DNA from: Octopus vulgaris
Taxonomy: Eukaryota
Assembly (NCBI GenBank): GCA_951406725.2
Contig: OX597814.1
Coordinates: forward strand, 209,002,001 to 209,066,000
Direction of reading: 5' to 3'
DNA: 64,000 nucleotides
The position numbers were made by a program, and so were the translations under genes. Below the pieces are notes generated by a model, which saw only the letters and a list, made by a program, of their open reading frames with translations, was not told the DNA's origin and searched no databases. This document shows, in pieces, positions 1 through 13,516 of the stretch; within the stretch, counting starts at the first letter, position 1; each line of letters begins with the position of its first letter.

Positions 1-385
1 TTGTTTCAGTCATTTGACTGCGGCCATGCTGGAGCACCACCTTTGATCGAGCAACTCGACCCCGGGACTTATTATTTTGTAAGCCCAGTACTTATTCTAT
101 CGGTCTCTTTTGCCGAACCGCTAAGTAACGGAGACATAAACACACAAGCATCGGTTGTCAAGCAATGCTAGGGGGACAAACACAGGCACACAAACACACA
201 CACGCATATAAATATACATATATACATATATACGACGGGCTTCTTTCAGTTTCCGTCTACCAAATCCACTCACAAGGCTTTGGTCGGCCCGAGGCTATAG
301 CAGAAGACACTTGACCAATGTGCCACACAGTGGGACTGAACCCGGAACCATGTGGTTGGTAAACAAGCTACTTACCACACAGCCA
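1..385 (-). mobile_element. tRNA-derived SINE family A (tRNA head + internal CA/TA microsatellite + GTAAAAGA tail), cut by window edge
   Basis: Reverse complement reads tggctgtgtggtaag (A box) ... ggttcagtccc (B box); near-identical to copies at 2778, 10244, 20712, 36883, 62819. Confidence 0.9.
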
Positions 386-707
386 TCAGTGATGTTGATG
401 TCTTATGTTAAATTTCTTGCATTATGCAAATATAAATATGGTCTTCTATTGGCCATTGGGGGATTTAAATTCAGGACATAAAGTGATGTAAATTGAATAA
501 GAACCAAGCACTTCATCGAACGCTTCACTGTTTCCTCTCCTGCATTGCCCTTAATAATATCAAATTGACAGAAATATTTGATTCCTTGACATCAAGATGT
601 TAATTAGTAATAAGGCCACAAATTTTGTAAGGTCAATGCTTTGACCCCAGTTCATGACAGGTATTTATTTTGTGTGACCCTGATAATATGTTGATATTTG
701 AATTCAG

Positions 708-806
708 GAGAGAGAGAGAGAGAGAGAGAAAGAAAGAGGGAAGTAGGGAGAGAGAGAGAGTGGATGACATAGATAGATAGATAAAGTGGGTGACATAGAT
801 AGATAG

Positions 807-859
<53 letters not shown>

Positions 860-861
860 GA
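708..861. repeat. (GA)n/(GATA)n microsatellite
   Basis: Seen directly. Confidence 0.95.
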
Positions 862-1030
862 ATTCAATACTGAAAATCCTTTAGTCTGGCTCTTTACTGG
901 TTCTGTCACTCAACTTTTTCAGTGACATAAAAATATGAACATTTAGTTTTTAATGTCTTCAGTATCAATCTCTCTGTGTGTATATTTATATGTGTATGTA
1001 TCTATATTTACATAATCATATATATCTATA

Positions 1031-1429
1031 CTAGCAGTATCGCCCGGCGTTGCTCGGGTTTGTAAGGGAAATAACTATATAAGCATTTTTAGAGAGTTAT
1101 AGCCAAAAAATTGGAAAAAAATGCATTAAAAATGGAAAAAAGAATGATGGTAAATTTTTTTAAAAATCGTTGACTCATCGTAGACATTTTTAGAGAGTTA
1201 CTTCCCTTATATAATAGCGAAAAATATGCATTAAAATGGAAAAAAATGATGGTAAATTTTTTTAAAATCGTAGACTCATCGTAGATGTGCACTAATACCC
1301 AGAAGGGCTTGATATGAATCACGACTATAAGATACCCGCTTTTTGTTAAACTGCACCACAAAATGTGGGAGTAGTTAAGAATCTAAATCGTAGGAGACAG
1401 ACACACAACTTCACTTTTATATATAAAGA
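1031..1429 (-). mobile_element. Non-autonomous Helitron
   Basis: Minus strand starts TC(tttatatataaa) and ends CTAG, sits between host A and T, no TSD, subterminal hairpin cccgagcaacgccggg; homologous copies at 10939 and 49807. Confidence 0.85.
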
Positions 1430-1840
1430 TGTACATACACACACCGATATATATATATACATTCACATATTTACACACATATGCACTCACACCCAAACAC
1501 ATTTATCATCATTTTCGTGTCCACTTTTCCATGCTTGCATAGGTGAAAAGAGAGCACGTTTGGGCAGTTTTCTATAGCCAGGTGCTCTTCCTGCCACCAA
1601 CCACCAGTCTCCCAATCTAGAGAGAATAACAAACAGTCTAGACATGTTTACATGGAGAACCAGAAACGAATGACACTTAATCAACTTTCCTTTTGTTTAC
1701 AAAGATTGTGCAACATATATCACAATGTATCAAGAAACCTGAATGAGCTTTTGTGGTGGACTGCAAAGAAATGAGTGTTAGTGATGCCATTGTTTACAAT
1801 CAGCTTATGAACATGTGTAGGGAATGGAAATAAAAATTCC

Positions 1841-1918
<78 letters not shown>

Positions 1919-1977
1919 TACACACAATTACTTGAGCTGCAGTGATATCATCTTTTATCTCTTATTCTTTTCTTTCC

Positions 1978-2492
1978 CGTGTTTCAGTCGTTAGACTGTG
2001 GCCATGCTGGGACCCCTACCCCCTTGAAGAATCTTTAGTTGAATAAGATCATCCAGACATAAAGAACCCTGTCAAAACAGACAGTGAAGCCTGGTGCAGT
2101 CTTCTGTCTAACCAGCCCCTGACAAAACATCCAACCCATGCCAGCATGGAAAATGGATGTTTTATAATAATAATAATAATAATAATAATGATGGTACTTA
2201 TTCTGTTGGTATCTTTTTCTGAACTGCTAATACTGGTTGCTAAGTGGTGGTAGGGGACAAAGACACACACAAACACACACACACACACACACACCTGCAT
2301 ATATGCACTCACACACATGCACATATATACAATGGGTTTCTTTCAGTTTCCATCTGTCAAATCCACTTTCAAGGCCTTGGTCAGCCCAAGGCAACAGTAG
2401 AAGACAACTTGCCCAAAGTGCCCTGCAGTAGGACTGAACCTGCAATTATATGGTTGGGAAGCATGTTTCTTACCACACAGCCACACCCTGTG
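1978..2492 (-). mobile_element. Diverged SINE A interrupted by an RTE 3' tail fragment (~2050-2190)
   Basis: SINE A motifs on both sides of tccaacccatgccagcatggaaaatggatgt + (TAA)n. Confidence 0.7.
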
Positions 2493-2675
2493 CCTCACAT
2501 TAGTGAAATGTCTGGCTGCTCGGTGATCTGATATGTGATGCTGTGAAATAAAAGCCCTTAAAAGCAAAGAAGGAATGGCATCAAGAAGGGCATCTGGCCA
2601 GAGAATACTTCTTCAAAAATCTTGTCTGGCCCATGCTGGCATGGCAGAAACAATGATGACAATAAGTATATATGT

Positions 2676-3280
2676 GAGGGTGCTGAAAGGTTCCTGGCTT
2701 TAAGGATATCGTGGAAGGCTTGGCTGGAGGCTCAATCTTCCGAGTTCTTTTACACGGCTTAGGAAAAAATGAAGGACTCTTTTACTCTTTTACTTGTTTC
2801 AGTCATTTGACTGTGGCCATGCTGGAGCACCGCCTTTAATCGAGCAACTCAACCCCGGGACTTATTCTTTTGTAAGCCCAGTACTTATTCTATCGGTTCT
2901 CTTTTGCTGAACTGCTAAGTAACTGGGACATAAACACACCAGCATCGGTTGTCAAGCAATGCTAGGGGGACAAACACAGACACACAAACACACACACGCA
3001 TATATATATACACACATATACGACGGGCTTCTTTCAGTTTCCGTCTACCAAGGCTTTGGTCGGCCCCGAGGCTATAGTAGAAGACACTTGTCCAAGGTGC
3101 CACACAGTGGGACTGAACCTGTAACCATGTGGTTGGTAAACAGCGCTACTTACCACACAGCCACTCCTGCTGCAATAAGTGTGTGAATCTGAGAAGGGAA
3201 CCTGTTGGATAAAATCATAATTAACCAATCCTCCTGTATTTTCTTTTACGCAAAGCCAGGAACTTTTTAGTGTCCCCTTG
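2676..3280. mobile_element. mariner-type MITE split by a SINE A insertion
   Basis: TIRs gagggtgctgaaaggttcctggcttt ... aaagccaggaactttttagtgtcccct; uninterrupted homolog at 9165-9381. Confidence 0.75.
2778..3170 (-). mobile_element. SINE family A, full length
   Basis: Complete head-to-tail match to other copies. Confidence 0.9.
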
Positions 3281-3363
3281 TAAATATGAGTAGCCGTGTA
3301 GCTCCTCTACAGCAAAAAAACGCGTTCTGTTGTGAACCACTCTTCTTTCATACTTTACACTCT

Positions 3364-3787
3364 CATCATCATCATCGTTTAACGTCTGTTCTCCATGCTA
3401 GCATGGGTTGGACGGTTCGACCGGGGATCTAGGAAGCCTGGAGGCTGCACCAGGCTCCAGTCTGATCTGGCAGTGTTTCTACAGCCGGATGCCCTTCCTA
3501 ATGCCAACCACTCCGTGAGTGTAGTGGGTGCTTTTTACGTGCCACCTGCACAGGTGCCAGGCGAGGCTGGCAATGGCCATGATCGGATTGGTGCATTTTA
3601 CGTGCCACCGGCACGGAAGCCAGTCAAGGCGGCGCTGGCATTGGCCACGATTCGGATGGTGCTTTTTACGTGCCACTGGCACGGAAGCCAGTCAAGGCGG
3701 CGCTGGCATCGGCCACGATTTGGATGGTGCTTTTTACGTGCCACCGGCACGGAAGCCAGTCAAGGCGGTGCTGGCATTGGCCACGAG
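3364..3787 (-). mobile_element. RTE LINE 3' UTR fragment with four ~67-bp tandem modules and (GAT)n tail
   Basis: Same terminal sequence as lies downstream of the RTE ORF at 27350-27850. Confidence 0.85.
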
Positions 3788-4584
3788 CATAAAGCCACCT
3801 CCTTCTGCTGTAGCTTCACATGTATTTGAAAGGGATCTTTAATCTTGTGAGTTGCATGGTAAACCTCACAAGCGCTGGTGCTATGAAAAAAAGCATCTAG
3901 TACATTCTGTAAAGTGGCTGATATTAGGGTGGGTATTCAGCCAGAGAAACCGCAGCAAAAAAAGACATTGGAACATAATACAGTTCTCGTATCCATTGGA
4001 TCCTGTCAAACTATGCAACTCATGTGAGCATGGAAGATGAATGCTAACAGATGCTGCTGCTGCTGCTGATGATGATGATGGTGATGATGATGATATCAGT
4101 ACTTTAGTTAACATCCTCACATGCATACACACAGCTACTTACACATGTGGATGGCCACGCACGCACACATACGCACATGTGTACACACCCACACACACAC
4201 AAAATAAGAAACTAATGATAAAAAAAACCGAAAAACCCTGTTTTTGTTTTGTTTTTAATCCTTTTCTGAACAACAAATACAGTTAAAGGGATGAATGAAT
4301 TGATGTGTTTTATGATTTTTCCCTAGATAAGTAGTAAACAAATAAAAGATTTTCTTTTTCCTTTTTTTTTTTTCATTTCCCTTTTTTTTTTTTTTTTTTT
4401 TCATTTTTGCCCTTTTTTTTTTGTTTGGTTTTACCACTGAAAATCGCAGGCCCCGGCTTTTCTCTTACCAATAATTTCTGCTTAAGCTGTATTTCGAAGT
4501 CTCGTTGGTTACTAATGGCAGTTGAGTGGTTCATTGGTTTACTTGGTGTGGTTAGTTAGTTCGTTATTTCTTAATGGTGTTTCG

Positions 4585-4693
4585 TTGGCTGGTTGGTTGG
4601 TTGGTTGGCTGGCTGGTCGACTAGCTGGCTGGCTGGCTGGCTGGCTGGTCGACTAGCTGGTTGCGGTGTTGGTTGGTTGGTCAGTTGGCTGGT
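4585..4693. repeat. (TGGT/TGGC)n microsatellite
   Basis: Seen directly. Confidence 0.9.
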
Positions 4694-6220
4694 TGTTTTA
4701 TCGCCTGTCTCTTGTAGTACTGTAATTGGTGCCTCTGCTATTGATTTTTTTGTTTTGGTTCTTCTGCTTTCTTCTAACTAGCCTCTTAGGTTCTGCTGGG
4801 AAAAATTCTGTCTCGCTCTTGCACTTGTGTGTATATACTTCACTGGCATTGTGTCCGAAGTTATTGTTGTTGCTGGTGTTGGTTCCTTTGTTGTTGTTCT
4901 TGTTGTAGTGGTGGTGGTGGTGAGGACAGGACAATATCTTCTTTGGCACTATGTCTATTGTTGATTTCTATATTTTGACTGCTGCTTTTTGGTAAATGGT
5001 ATTTAGTAGTAAGGGTTCTTCACTGTTGCGGTTGCTGTTGTTGTATTTTCTTCACTGGTACTGTTCCAGTTGTTGTTGCATATCCTTATTTGGTCATGTG
5101 TAATTTTTTTCATTAATAATTGTTGTTGTTGTTATAGCAATAGTAGCAGTGGTAGTATTTGATTCCCTGTTACTACCATTGTTGCCATGATTCCTTCTCT
5201 GCTATTGCAGCTGCTATAGCTGTTGTTGTTACTGTAGTAGATTCTTCCATTGTACTATTGTCGCTATGTATGCCTTCCTGGTACCATTCATTGTTGCTAT
5301 TGTGTACTCTTCTCCGATACTGTTGCTATTGTCAATGTACTTGCTATTGATTGAACAGACCAATGGTCAAAGCAATTCCAGCTATAACCACCCCGCCTTA
5401 CTCATAAATTCCTCAGAAAACATTATCCTATATGTCCTTTATTTTAAGACAGTACAATGTGGTTTCTTAGAGATTTTACTGCTATTTCTAGCAGTTTGAA
5501 TGATAGCCTAGAGGCTTCTTTGTTGTTGTTATTGTAATTGTTGTTGTTATTGTAATTGTTGAAGCCCAAGTGAACCCTGATTGAATCGATTGATGATAAG
5601 CAATGATCGTCTCATCTTTTGTGGAGAACTAGAACTACATAATACAATGTGCTCTTAGGGAGCTTTGGTTGCTATTTTTAATAGATCAGGTTGCCACTTA
5701 GAGACTCTGTTATTGGGTTTTGTTGTTGTTGTCATTGCTGTCAGTGGTTGTTTGTTGTTGTTTATTTCTTGTAGGTTCTTATTTATAATATTCATCAAGG
5801 GCTGGCACACAACCCCATTCCCTATCAAAATCAGATGCTGTGGAATTTCAGCTAGATTGGTGCACTGTTCCCTGCAGAAATGAAGAAAACCAGAAAGGAG
5901 ATGGGCAGAAAACTAGAAAGGAGAAACTAGCTCAAGATGGTTCTGGTTGACAAGGAACTGCAAATTGAACCCTTCTACAGGTGAAAACTAGATCAATTTT
6001 TGCTCCCCCACTTAGGCAAAATGTACTGATTATGGTGTGAAACACTTGTGACCTTGAGATGGTTGCTGATGACACAGCTTGGCACCAGTGACATTGCAGC
6101 TCATTCCTACAGGTTATTGAACTGGAGCAATGTGAAATAAAGTGTCTTGTTCAAGAACACAGCCCAGTCCAGGAATTGAACTCACTGCTTCATGATTGCG
6201 AGCCCGACACTCTAACCACT

Positions 6221-6604
6221 TTTGGAAGCTCTCCGTCAGTTACGACGACGAGGGTTCCGGTTGATCCGATCAATGGAACAGCCTGCTTGTGAAATTAACA
6301 TGTAAGTGGCCGAGCACTCCACAGACACGTGTACCCTTAACGTAGTTCTCGGGGATATTCAGCGTGACACAGAGAGTGACAAGGCCGGCCCTTTGAAATA
6401 CAGGTACAACAGAAACAGGAAGTAAGAGTGAGAGAAAGTTGTGGTGAAAGAGTACAGCAGGGATCACCACCATCCCTGCCGGAACCTCGTGGAGCTTTTA
6501 GGTGTTTTCGCTCAATAAACACTCACAACGCCCGGTCTGCGAATCGAAACCGCGATTTTACGACCACGAGTCCGCTGCCCTAACCACTGGGCCATTGCGC
6601 CTCC
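6221..6604 (-). mobile_element. tRNA-derived SINE family D, full length, inserted into the head of a SINE E copy
   Basis: Reverse complement ggaggcgcaatggcccagtggttagggcagcggactc...tttcgattc; TSD cactctaaccact on both sides; matches 41155-41541. Confidence 0.9.
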
Positions 6605-7407
6605 ACTCTAACCACTAAACCATGTACCTTCAACAAATGGTTAGTATTGAATCACTAAGTGGTTCGTTGGTTGTGTACTTTTATCAGTGTTACATTCTGT
6701 CTATCTTTAACACGCATAACTGCAGAGTTCATCTATCAGCAAATTCTATACATCATAGTTTGCTACCGTAAGCTGAGGCACCACTGCGGTTGATTGGGTT
6801 GCAGTATAAATTTAATTCCTTTCACAAGTGAAAAGTTTTATCAGTTACAAAAGTCCATCTCCTTATACAGTGTAAGATGTATCTGTCATCTACTTAACTC
6901 AAGAGTTAAGTGCCTGCCTTATTGATCTTTGTGGTCAAGAAAGAATTAGCTTTTCAGATCCAATAAGTTGGCAGCAGAGTATAGTATTGTGGTTGAAGAT
7001 CTTATGTTTTATGTCTTTACTTAAGAGAATTAGTAATGTAAATGGAATGTATGTAGTGGCTATCAGGATTTGAAACTAAACTGAAGATTTTTAGTTTGCT
7101 GACTGCTTATTTCTTTCTTAACAATGTCAGTCATGCTTATCTGTTGAGAAGAAATCGCTGAGTGGGTGAAGTGTTGGACTACTTACTCATGGATAATGTG
7201 TTCATTTCCTTGTGTTTCTGGGTATAACAGTTTTTTCTTTCTTTTACATTGCTCCTGTTTACTTGGTTTCCATAGAATTTCTACCTTCAGAGACCATTTG
7301 GGAATATTCAGTATCATCCCAGGGGAACCCATTAGTCATTTTGGTTTGGTTTGTTGTTAAATCTGGGCCCTTGTTTTTTAACTACAGACAGTTTGTGTTG
7401 GCCGAAC

Positions 7408-7790
7408 ATCATCATCATTATCATCGTTTAATGTCTGTTCTCCATGCTAGCATGGGTTGGACGGTTCGACCAGGGATCTGGGAAGCCAGAAGGCTGCACC
7501 AGGCTCCAGTCTGATCTGGCAGTGTTTCTACAGCTGGATGCCCTTCCTAATGCCAACCACTCCGTGAGTGTAGTGGGTGCTTTTTATGTGCCACCTGCAC
7601 AGGTGCCAGGTGAGGCTGGCAACGGCCCACGGTCGGATTGGTGCATTTTACATGCCACCGGCAAGGAAGCCAGTCGAGGCGGTACTGGCATCGGCCAGGC
7701 GGCACTGGCATCGGCCAGGCAGCACTGGCATTGGCCAAGGCGGCACTAGCATCGGCCAAGGTGGCACTGGCATCGGCCCGACGGCACTGA
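7408..7790 (-). mobile_element. RTE LINE 3' UTR fragment with a secondary 20-bp minisatellite (ggcggcactggcatcggcca, about 5 units)
   Basis: Homology to 3364 and 27350; tandem 20-mer at ~7678-7778. Confidence 0.85.
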
Positions 7791-7949
7791 TCTTTATTCA
7801 AGTCATCAGACACAGGATATCTAGCACTGAGAACATAGATATGATACTTAACAATTAGCTGAAGGTTTGCCAGTTCATATATTATCACTGACACTGCATC
7901 AGTTCTTGACCAAATCATTAACTCTCAATTTACCGATTCCACCTAAGTT

Positions 7950-8140
7950 GATGAGTTGGCAGAATTGTTAGCATGCCAGGCAAAATGCTTAGCGGCATTT
8001 CATCCATCTTTACATTAGGCTACTTTGCCTTTCATCTTTTTGGGGTCGATAAAATAAGTACCAGTTGAATACTGGGTTTAATATTATCAATTTATCCCCT
8101 CCTTAAAATTGCTGGCCTTGTGTCAAAATTTGAAATCAAT
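7950..8140 (+). mobile_element. SINE family C, diverged
   Basis: gagttggcagaattgttagc ... gcctttcatctttttggggtcgataaaataagtaccag core. Confidence 0.75.
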
Positions 8141-8624
8141 ATTTATCCCCCCTTAAAAAGTGGATGTTGTGTTAGCACACAAGAATACTGCAATAGTTAC
8201 CACGAGAGAACCTCTCTCAAGAGCTTTTGGTGCATATAAGTATTCCTGTTATCTTTAGTGGTGGTGGTGGATTTATCTCCTGCTGGCGATGTAAACAAGA
8301 GTGCTTATGTGTGCCTAAATCCCATATGAGAGATTTCCTCATGGTAATTACCGCAATATTCTAACACAACAGCCACTTTTAAGTGGGAACAAATATTACC
8401 TTTTGGTATTAATACTGCTTCTGTCACTATTAATTATTTTTGAAGTTGTTGTTTAGTGTCACTAATAATTATTCTTTAAGTTGTTATTTAGTATCAGGTC
8501 ATCCCTGATCAAGTAGATTTATGATCAAAGGCTTTTCATCCATGCCCTCTCCTCTACTTGTCATTCTTACCATTAGGAATGTAGTAAACCAATGAATGGC
8601 CCACAAAAAATTGATAGCTGATGG

Positions 8625-9141
8625 TTTAAATCCTCGAGTATAATCCGCATTCCCCCCCCCCACCAAATTTAAAGGTCAAAATCCCTAGTGCATACTATAT
8701 ACGAGGTTAAAAATGAAAATTATTTTCTAAGCAATGTCCAAGTCTCTATTTGCTGTCTGGCAATGTTTATTCAGCCGCATTTTGCGATGCCGGGCGCGAA
8801 AATACCTTAAGCCAAGCCTGAAAGCAATGAAATCATAAAAGAATCATCCATAACCTGCAGTAAGCAACATTTATTAAACGTTATTACTGTTATTTCTTTA
8901 TTTTCTGCAAAAAAAAAATGCACAAAAAAGCTACACGTTTGCATTATGTTATATACACAACAGTAATAAAGGACGTTACCATGTACAGTTTTACAAACCA
9001 AGGACATTATATAGACCTCCTTGACTCAAGTTAGAGAAGGGGTGCGTATTATACACAAGGTTTAAGTTTTTCAGAGGTACAGCCCCCTAAAAATCCCCTG
9101 CCTATTATACTCAAGGGCGGACTATACTTGAGGATTTACGG
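8625..9141. mobile_element. Tc2/pogo-like MITE
   Basis: Inverted termini taaatcctcgagtataatccgc ... gcggactatacttgaggatttacgg followed by TA. Confidence 0.7.
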
Positions 9142-9164
9142 TATATCTAAGACTACATTATCTA

Positions 9165-9381
9165 AGAGGAGGTGCTGAAAAGTTGCTGGCTTTGAGTAAA
9201 GAAAAATACAGGAGGGGCAGTTAATTATGATTTTATTAAACATATTCCCCTCTCAGATTCACACACTTACTGCAGTGGTCCTTCAGTTTTTTGAAGCCTT
9301 GTTAAAAAACTTGGAAGGTTGGGTCCCCAACCAAGCCCTTCGTGATACTCTTAAAGCCAGGAACTTTTCAGCAACCCCTTG
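9165..9381. mobile_element. mariner-type MITE
   Basis: TIRs ggtgctgaaaagttgctggcttt / aaagccaggaacttttcagcaacc; homologous to 2676-3280. Confidence 0.75.
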
Positions 9382-9817
9382 TAATGTATCCTATATATTG
9401 TTGAGACGATAGAGTGTTATATACAGGCAATTTGGCTGCCACTTCTAACAGGTTGAACAGTCATGTAGAGGGCTGTTGTTAAAGACACTTGCCTAAGCTA
9501 CCATGGTTGGGAACCAAACTTCTTAACTACATAGCCATGCCTATAAGAAACATGTTCTTTCTCTCTTTAGCTTTCTCTGCTTGCCTGCCTGTCTTTCTCT
9601 CTCTCTCACACAGAGATTTACTTTTGTTATTTAGATTGACCAATTTAATAAGATATTTATCATTAAATATATGGTTGTGTGGTTAAGAAGTTCATTTATA
9701 TATGGAGTCAGATTCAGTGTCATTGGGCAAACATCTGTGATGGGCCATAGGCTGACAAATATCTTGCGGGTGAATTTGATTGATGGGAACTCTACAAAGT
9801 CTGTGATATATTCTCTT

Positions 9818-10190
9818 TCACTTGCTCCAGTCATTAGACCGTGGCCATGCTGGGGCACCAGCTTGAAGAATTTTCAGTTGAATGGATTCCCCCCCCCCCC
9901 GTACTTACTTGTTTTCAAGCCTTGTATTTATTCTTTCGGTCTCTTTTGCCGAACTGCTAAGTTATGGGGAATTTAAACTCACCAATACCAGTTGTCAAGA
10001 GATGGCAGGGGACAAACACACACACGTATTTACCATGGGCTTTCAGTTTCTGCCTACCAAATCCACTCAAAAAGCTTCGGTCGACCTGAGGCAATAGTAA
10101 AAGACACTTGCCCAACATGCTGTGCAGTGGGACTGAACCGAGAACCATGTGGTTGAGAAACAAACTTCTTACCACACGGCCACACATGCA
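9818..10190 (-). mobile_element. SINE family A, diverged
   Basis: Homology to other SINE A copies. Confidence 0.8.
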
Positions 10191-10243
10191 CCATCCATGC
10201 AGTCATGTCTGTTGTGTTTTTGTTATCATCCTTCCATACTCTC

Positions 10244-10648
10244 TCTTTACTCTTTTACTTGTTTCAGTCATTTCACTGCGGCCATGCTGGAGCACCACCT
10301 TTAATCGAGCAACTCGACCCCGGGACTTATTCTTTGTAAGCCCAGTACTTATTCTATCGGTCTATTTTTGCTGAACTGCTAAGTGATGGGGACATAAACG
10401 CACCAGCATCGGTTGTCAAGCAATGCTAGGGGGACAAACACAAACATACACGCACACACATATATACATATATATACATATATACGACAGGCTTCTTTCA
10501 GTTTCCGTCTACCAAATCCACTCACAAGGCTTTGGTCGGCCAGAGGCTATAGCAGAAGACACTTGCCCAAGGTGCCATGCAGTGGGACTGAACCCGGAAC
10601 CATGTGGTTGGTAAACAAGCTACTTACCACACAGCCACTCCTGCGCCT
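10244..10648 (-). mobile_element. SINE family A, full length
   Basis: Complete match including 5' aggcgcaggagtggc. Confidence 0.9.
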
Positions 10649-10700
10649 ATGTTTTTTTTCATTTTTTTTTTTTATATATTCTTCCATTTGATCTACATAC

Positions 10701-10900
10701 CTTGTCCTTATTTGTACTTGTCTCATTCTATCCTTCATATATTCCAGCAACATTTTGCTGTTGATGCCAGCAAAATGAACAATATTATCAATAAAGCATT
10801 GACATTGTGGGAATGTTTGGTTGATGACCACCTTATGAGGATTGGGCATGTCCATGTCCTTTGTGTGGTTTTTCATGTTTTCTGTATGTTCCTTCATTGT
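10701..10900 (-). CDS. Candidate host coding exon, product unknown (TMKEHTEN...PQCQCFIDNIVHFAGINSKMLLEYMKDRMRQVQIRT)
   Basis: Unique 200-nt open frame bounded by gaatag acceptor and strong AAG|gtatgt donor; no homology recognised. Confidence 0.3.
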
Positions 10901-10938
10901 CTATTCATACAACATTTAACTATATATATATATATATA

Positions 10939-11244
10939 CTAGTAGTATCGCCCGGCGTTGCTCGGGTTTGTAAGGGAAATAACTATATAAGCATTTTTAG
11001 AGAGTTACTTCCCTTATATAACAGAGCAAAAATCATTAATAATGCGGAAAAATGATGGTAAATAATTTTTAAAATCGTAGACTCACCGTAGACACGTGCT
11101 AATACCCAGAAGGGCTCGATATGAGTCACGACTATAAGATACCCGCATTTGGTTAAACTGCACCACAAAATGTGGGAGGAGTTAGGAATCTAAATCGGCG
11201 TAGACAGACACTCACACACACAACTTTAGTTTTATATATAAAGA
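10939..11244 (-). mobile_element. Non-autonomous Helitron, internally deleted relative to the 1031 copy
   Basis: TC...CTAG termini, same subterminal hairpin. Confidence 0.85.
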
Positions 11245-11251
11245 TATATGT

Positions 11252-11585
11252 GAAGACGCATGGCTCAGTGGTTAGAGTGTGAAGCTTACGTTCGTGAGGT
11301 TGTGAGCTCGAATCCCAGACCGGGCTGCGTGTTGTGTTCTTGAGCAAGACATTTTATTTCACGTTGCTCCAGTTCACTCAGTTGTAGAAATGAGTTGCAA
11401 CACCACAGTTGCTAAGCTGTATCGGCCCCTTTACCTTTCCCTTGGATAACACTGGTGGTGTGGAGAGGGGAGGCTGGTATGCATGGGCGACTGCTGGTCT
11501 TCCATAAACAACCTTGCCCAGACTTGTGCCTAGGAGGGTAACTTTCTAGATGCAATCCCATGGTCAGTGTCGTGACTGAAGGGGG

Positions 11586-11589
<4 letters not shown>
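11252..11589 (+). mobile_element. tRNA-derived SINE family E (CORE-like central domain)
   Basis: tggctcagtggttag A box, gctcgaatccc B box, ttgtgttcttgagcaagacattttatttcac core; second copy at 49213. Confidence 0.85.
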
Positions 11590-11623
<34 letters not shown>

Positions 11624-11717
11624 TTTTTCTATTCCTGAGCGTTATACTAATGCATCTGTTTGTTTTGTATACCACCTGTCTTCGTCTTTTGTTTTTTTTG
11701 TAAACTCTCCCTATATA

Positions 11718-11808
<91 letters not shown>

Positions 11809-12097
11809 GTGTGCTTGCGTAAATATTAACATGTACTTCTCCCAAGATTCACTGAGCTACAGATGGGGACATTGTTGATATTTTCCTGTAAATAAATTGT
11901 CTGGTAGCTTTGCACTTTTGAACACGAGTGGAATGAAAACTCCTGTACTTGAAAACAGCTAAGGACCTCCAGCTGTAAAAATGTAATCATCTAACTCATG
12001 CAAGCAAGGAAAAATGAATGAAAAGCAAATGAACAAATATATATGTATATGTATGCGCACACACACATACACACACACACACACATATATATATATT

Positions 12098-12391
12098 CCC
12101 GTTTCGTGTCCGTTGCCAGCCTCGCCTGGCCCTCATGCCGGTGGCACATAAAAAGCACCATCCGTTCGTGGCCGTTTGCCAGCTCTGTCTGGCACCAGTG
12201 CGGGTGGCACGTAAAAAGCACCCACTACACTCACGGAGTGGTTGGCGTTTAGGAAGGGCATCCAGCCGTAGAAACACTGCCAGATTTGACTGGGACTGAT
12301 GAAGCCTTCTGGCTTCACAGACCCCAGTAGAACCGTCCAACCCATGCTAGCATGGAAAACGGACGCTAAACGATGATGATGATGATGATGA
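12098..12391 (+). mobile_element. RTE LINE 3' UTR fragment (two modules, GAT tail)
   Basis: Near-identical to 47895-48195. Confidence 0.85.
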
Positions 12392-13516
12392 TATATATAT
12401 ATATATATATATATATGTCCGTGAGTGTAAGTATATGCATCTCTTCTCAAAAAATAGAACACCACCTAGATTCTTTAATACTATAAAAGAAAATTGCAAA
12501 ATATCAACAAAAATGTAGGTTTCTTGTTAATATTTAATTACTGTGGTCATGTGAATGTATTTTTGTATCTTGAAAAAGATGTTTTGTTTCAATTCTTTTG
12601 TTTGTTTCTATTTTGGTTACTTTACCCCAGTTTTCTTTCCTCGTTTAGTTTTTTATGTTATAGTTGTGTACAAACTTCTTTTTTCATTAAGCTTTGTTTT
12701 CTTTATTGCTTAATGTAATTAGGTTGTGCTATGTCTCTATCTAATTTAGATGACTCAATAGCACCTGCTAAAATGAACGACTATTTGTCAAACTTCAAGA
12801 AAGGAAAGCGTTTGTCTTTTGTTTGCAAGCTTTATGCTGAAGGTCATAATTTTAAAACCATTAAATAAAAGTAACAGAAAGAAAATATACTGGATATTCT
12901 TTTACATGCACAGAATAGAATAGACTCTCAAAATGAAGAATGAGAGCCAACAGCTAGAAACATTTGGTTCTATTAGAAAAAAATATCTCAGATTTCTGAG
13001 TTTAAAAGATGCGAGAAGGCTTAGAAAATTAGTGTTAAGTGGCTGGAGGGAAACTATCACATCCTTTTATTAGCGATAAATTTCACTTCTAGGAACATAA
13101 TATTTATATAATGCATCTAGTCACCATTAAAAGGTTTCTATTTGTAGAAGGATTTGAACTTAAAAGCCTAAGTTGCCAAGGGGTGGTGGAGGAACAGTGA
13201 AAAACATTGCTGACAGGAAAGCATTCTATGAACTGGACAAAGAAAAGGAATATAAATTTTCTTCTAAATGTTTCTCCTTTTTGGATGAACGAAGATTTTT
13301 CCTTCATATATAACTCATGTTGCTACTTCAACTGATAAACAAAAAAAAAAAGAAGAAAAAAAAAAAAGGAAACTCAAGTAAGACTTCCTACAATGGACAA
13401 AATATTTGTAGATGATGGTACCATGGTAGTTGCTTCAAACTTTCCAAAAGTATCTTCTCTTTATTCAACAAGTCAATGAACCAAGTCCTTGTTTACCATT
13501 CATTCAGGGAGTGCAA

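Noticed and set aside
3395-3842. Recurrent MLAWVGRFDRGS... ORF family; the modules also superficially resemble a CRISPR array
   Set aside because: Antisense of the RTE 3' UTR with inconsistent frames; the inter-module sequences are themselves repeated rather than unique spacers, the context is eukaryotic and there are no cas genes
5775-5980. Plus-strand exon-like segment with a good acceptor
   Set aside because: Stops in all three frames; at most UTR or non-coding, and unsupported
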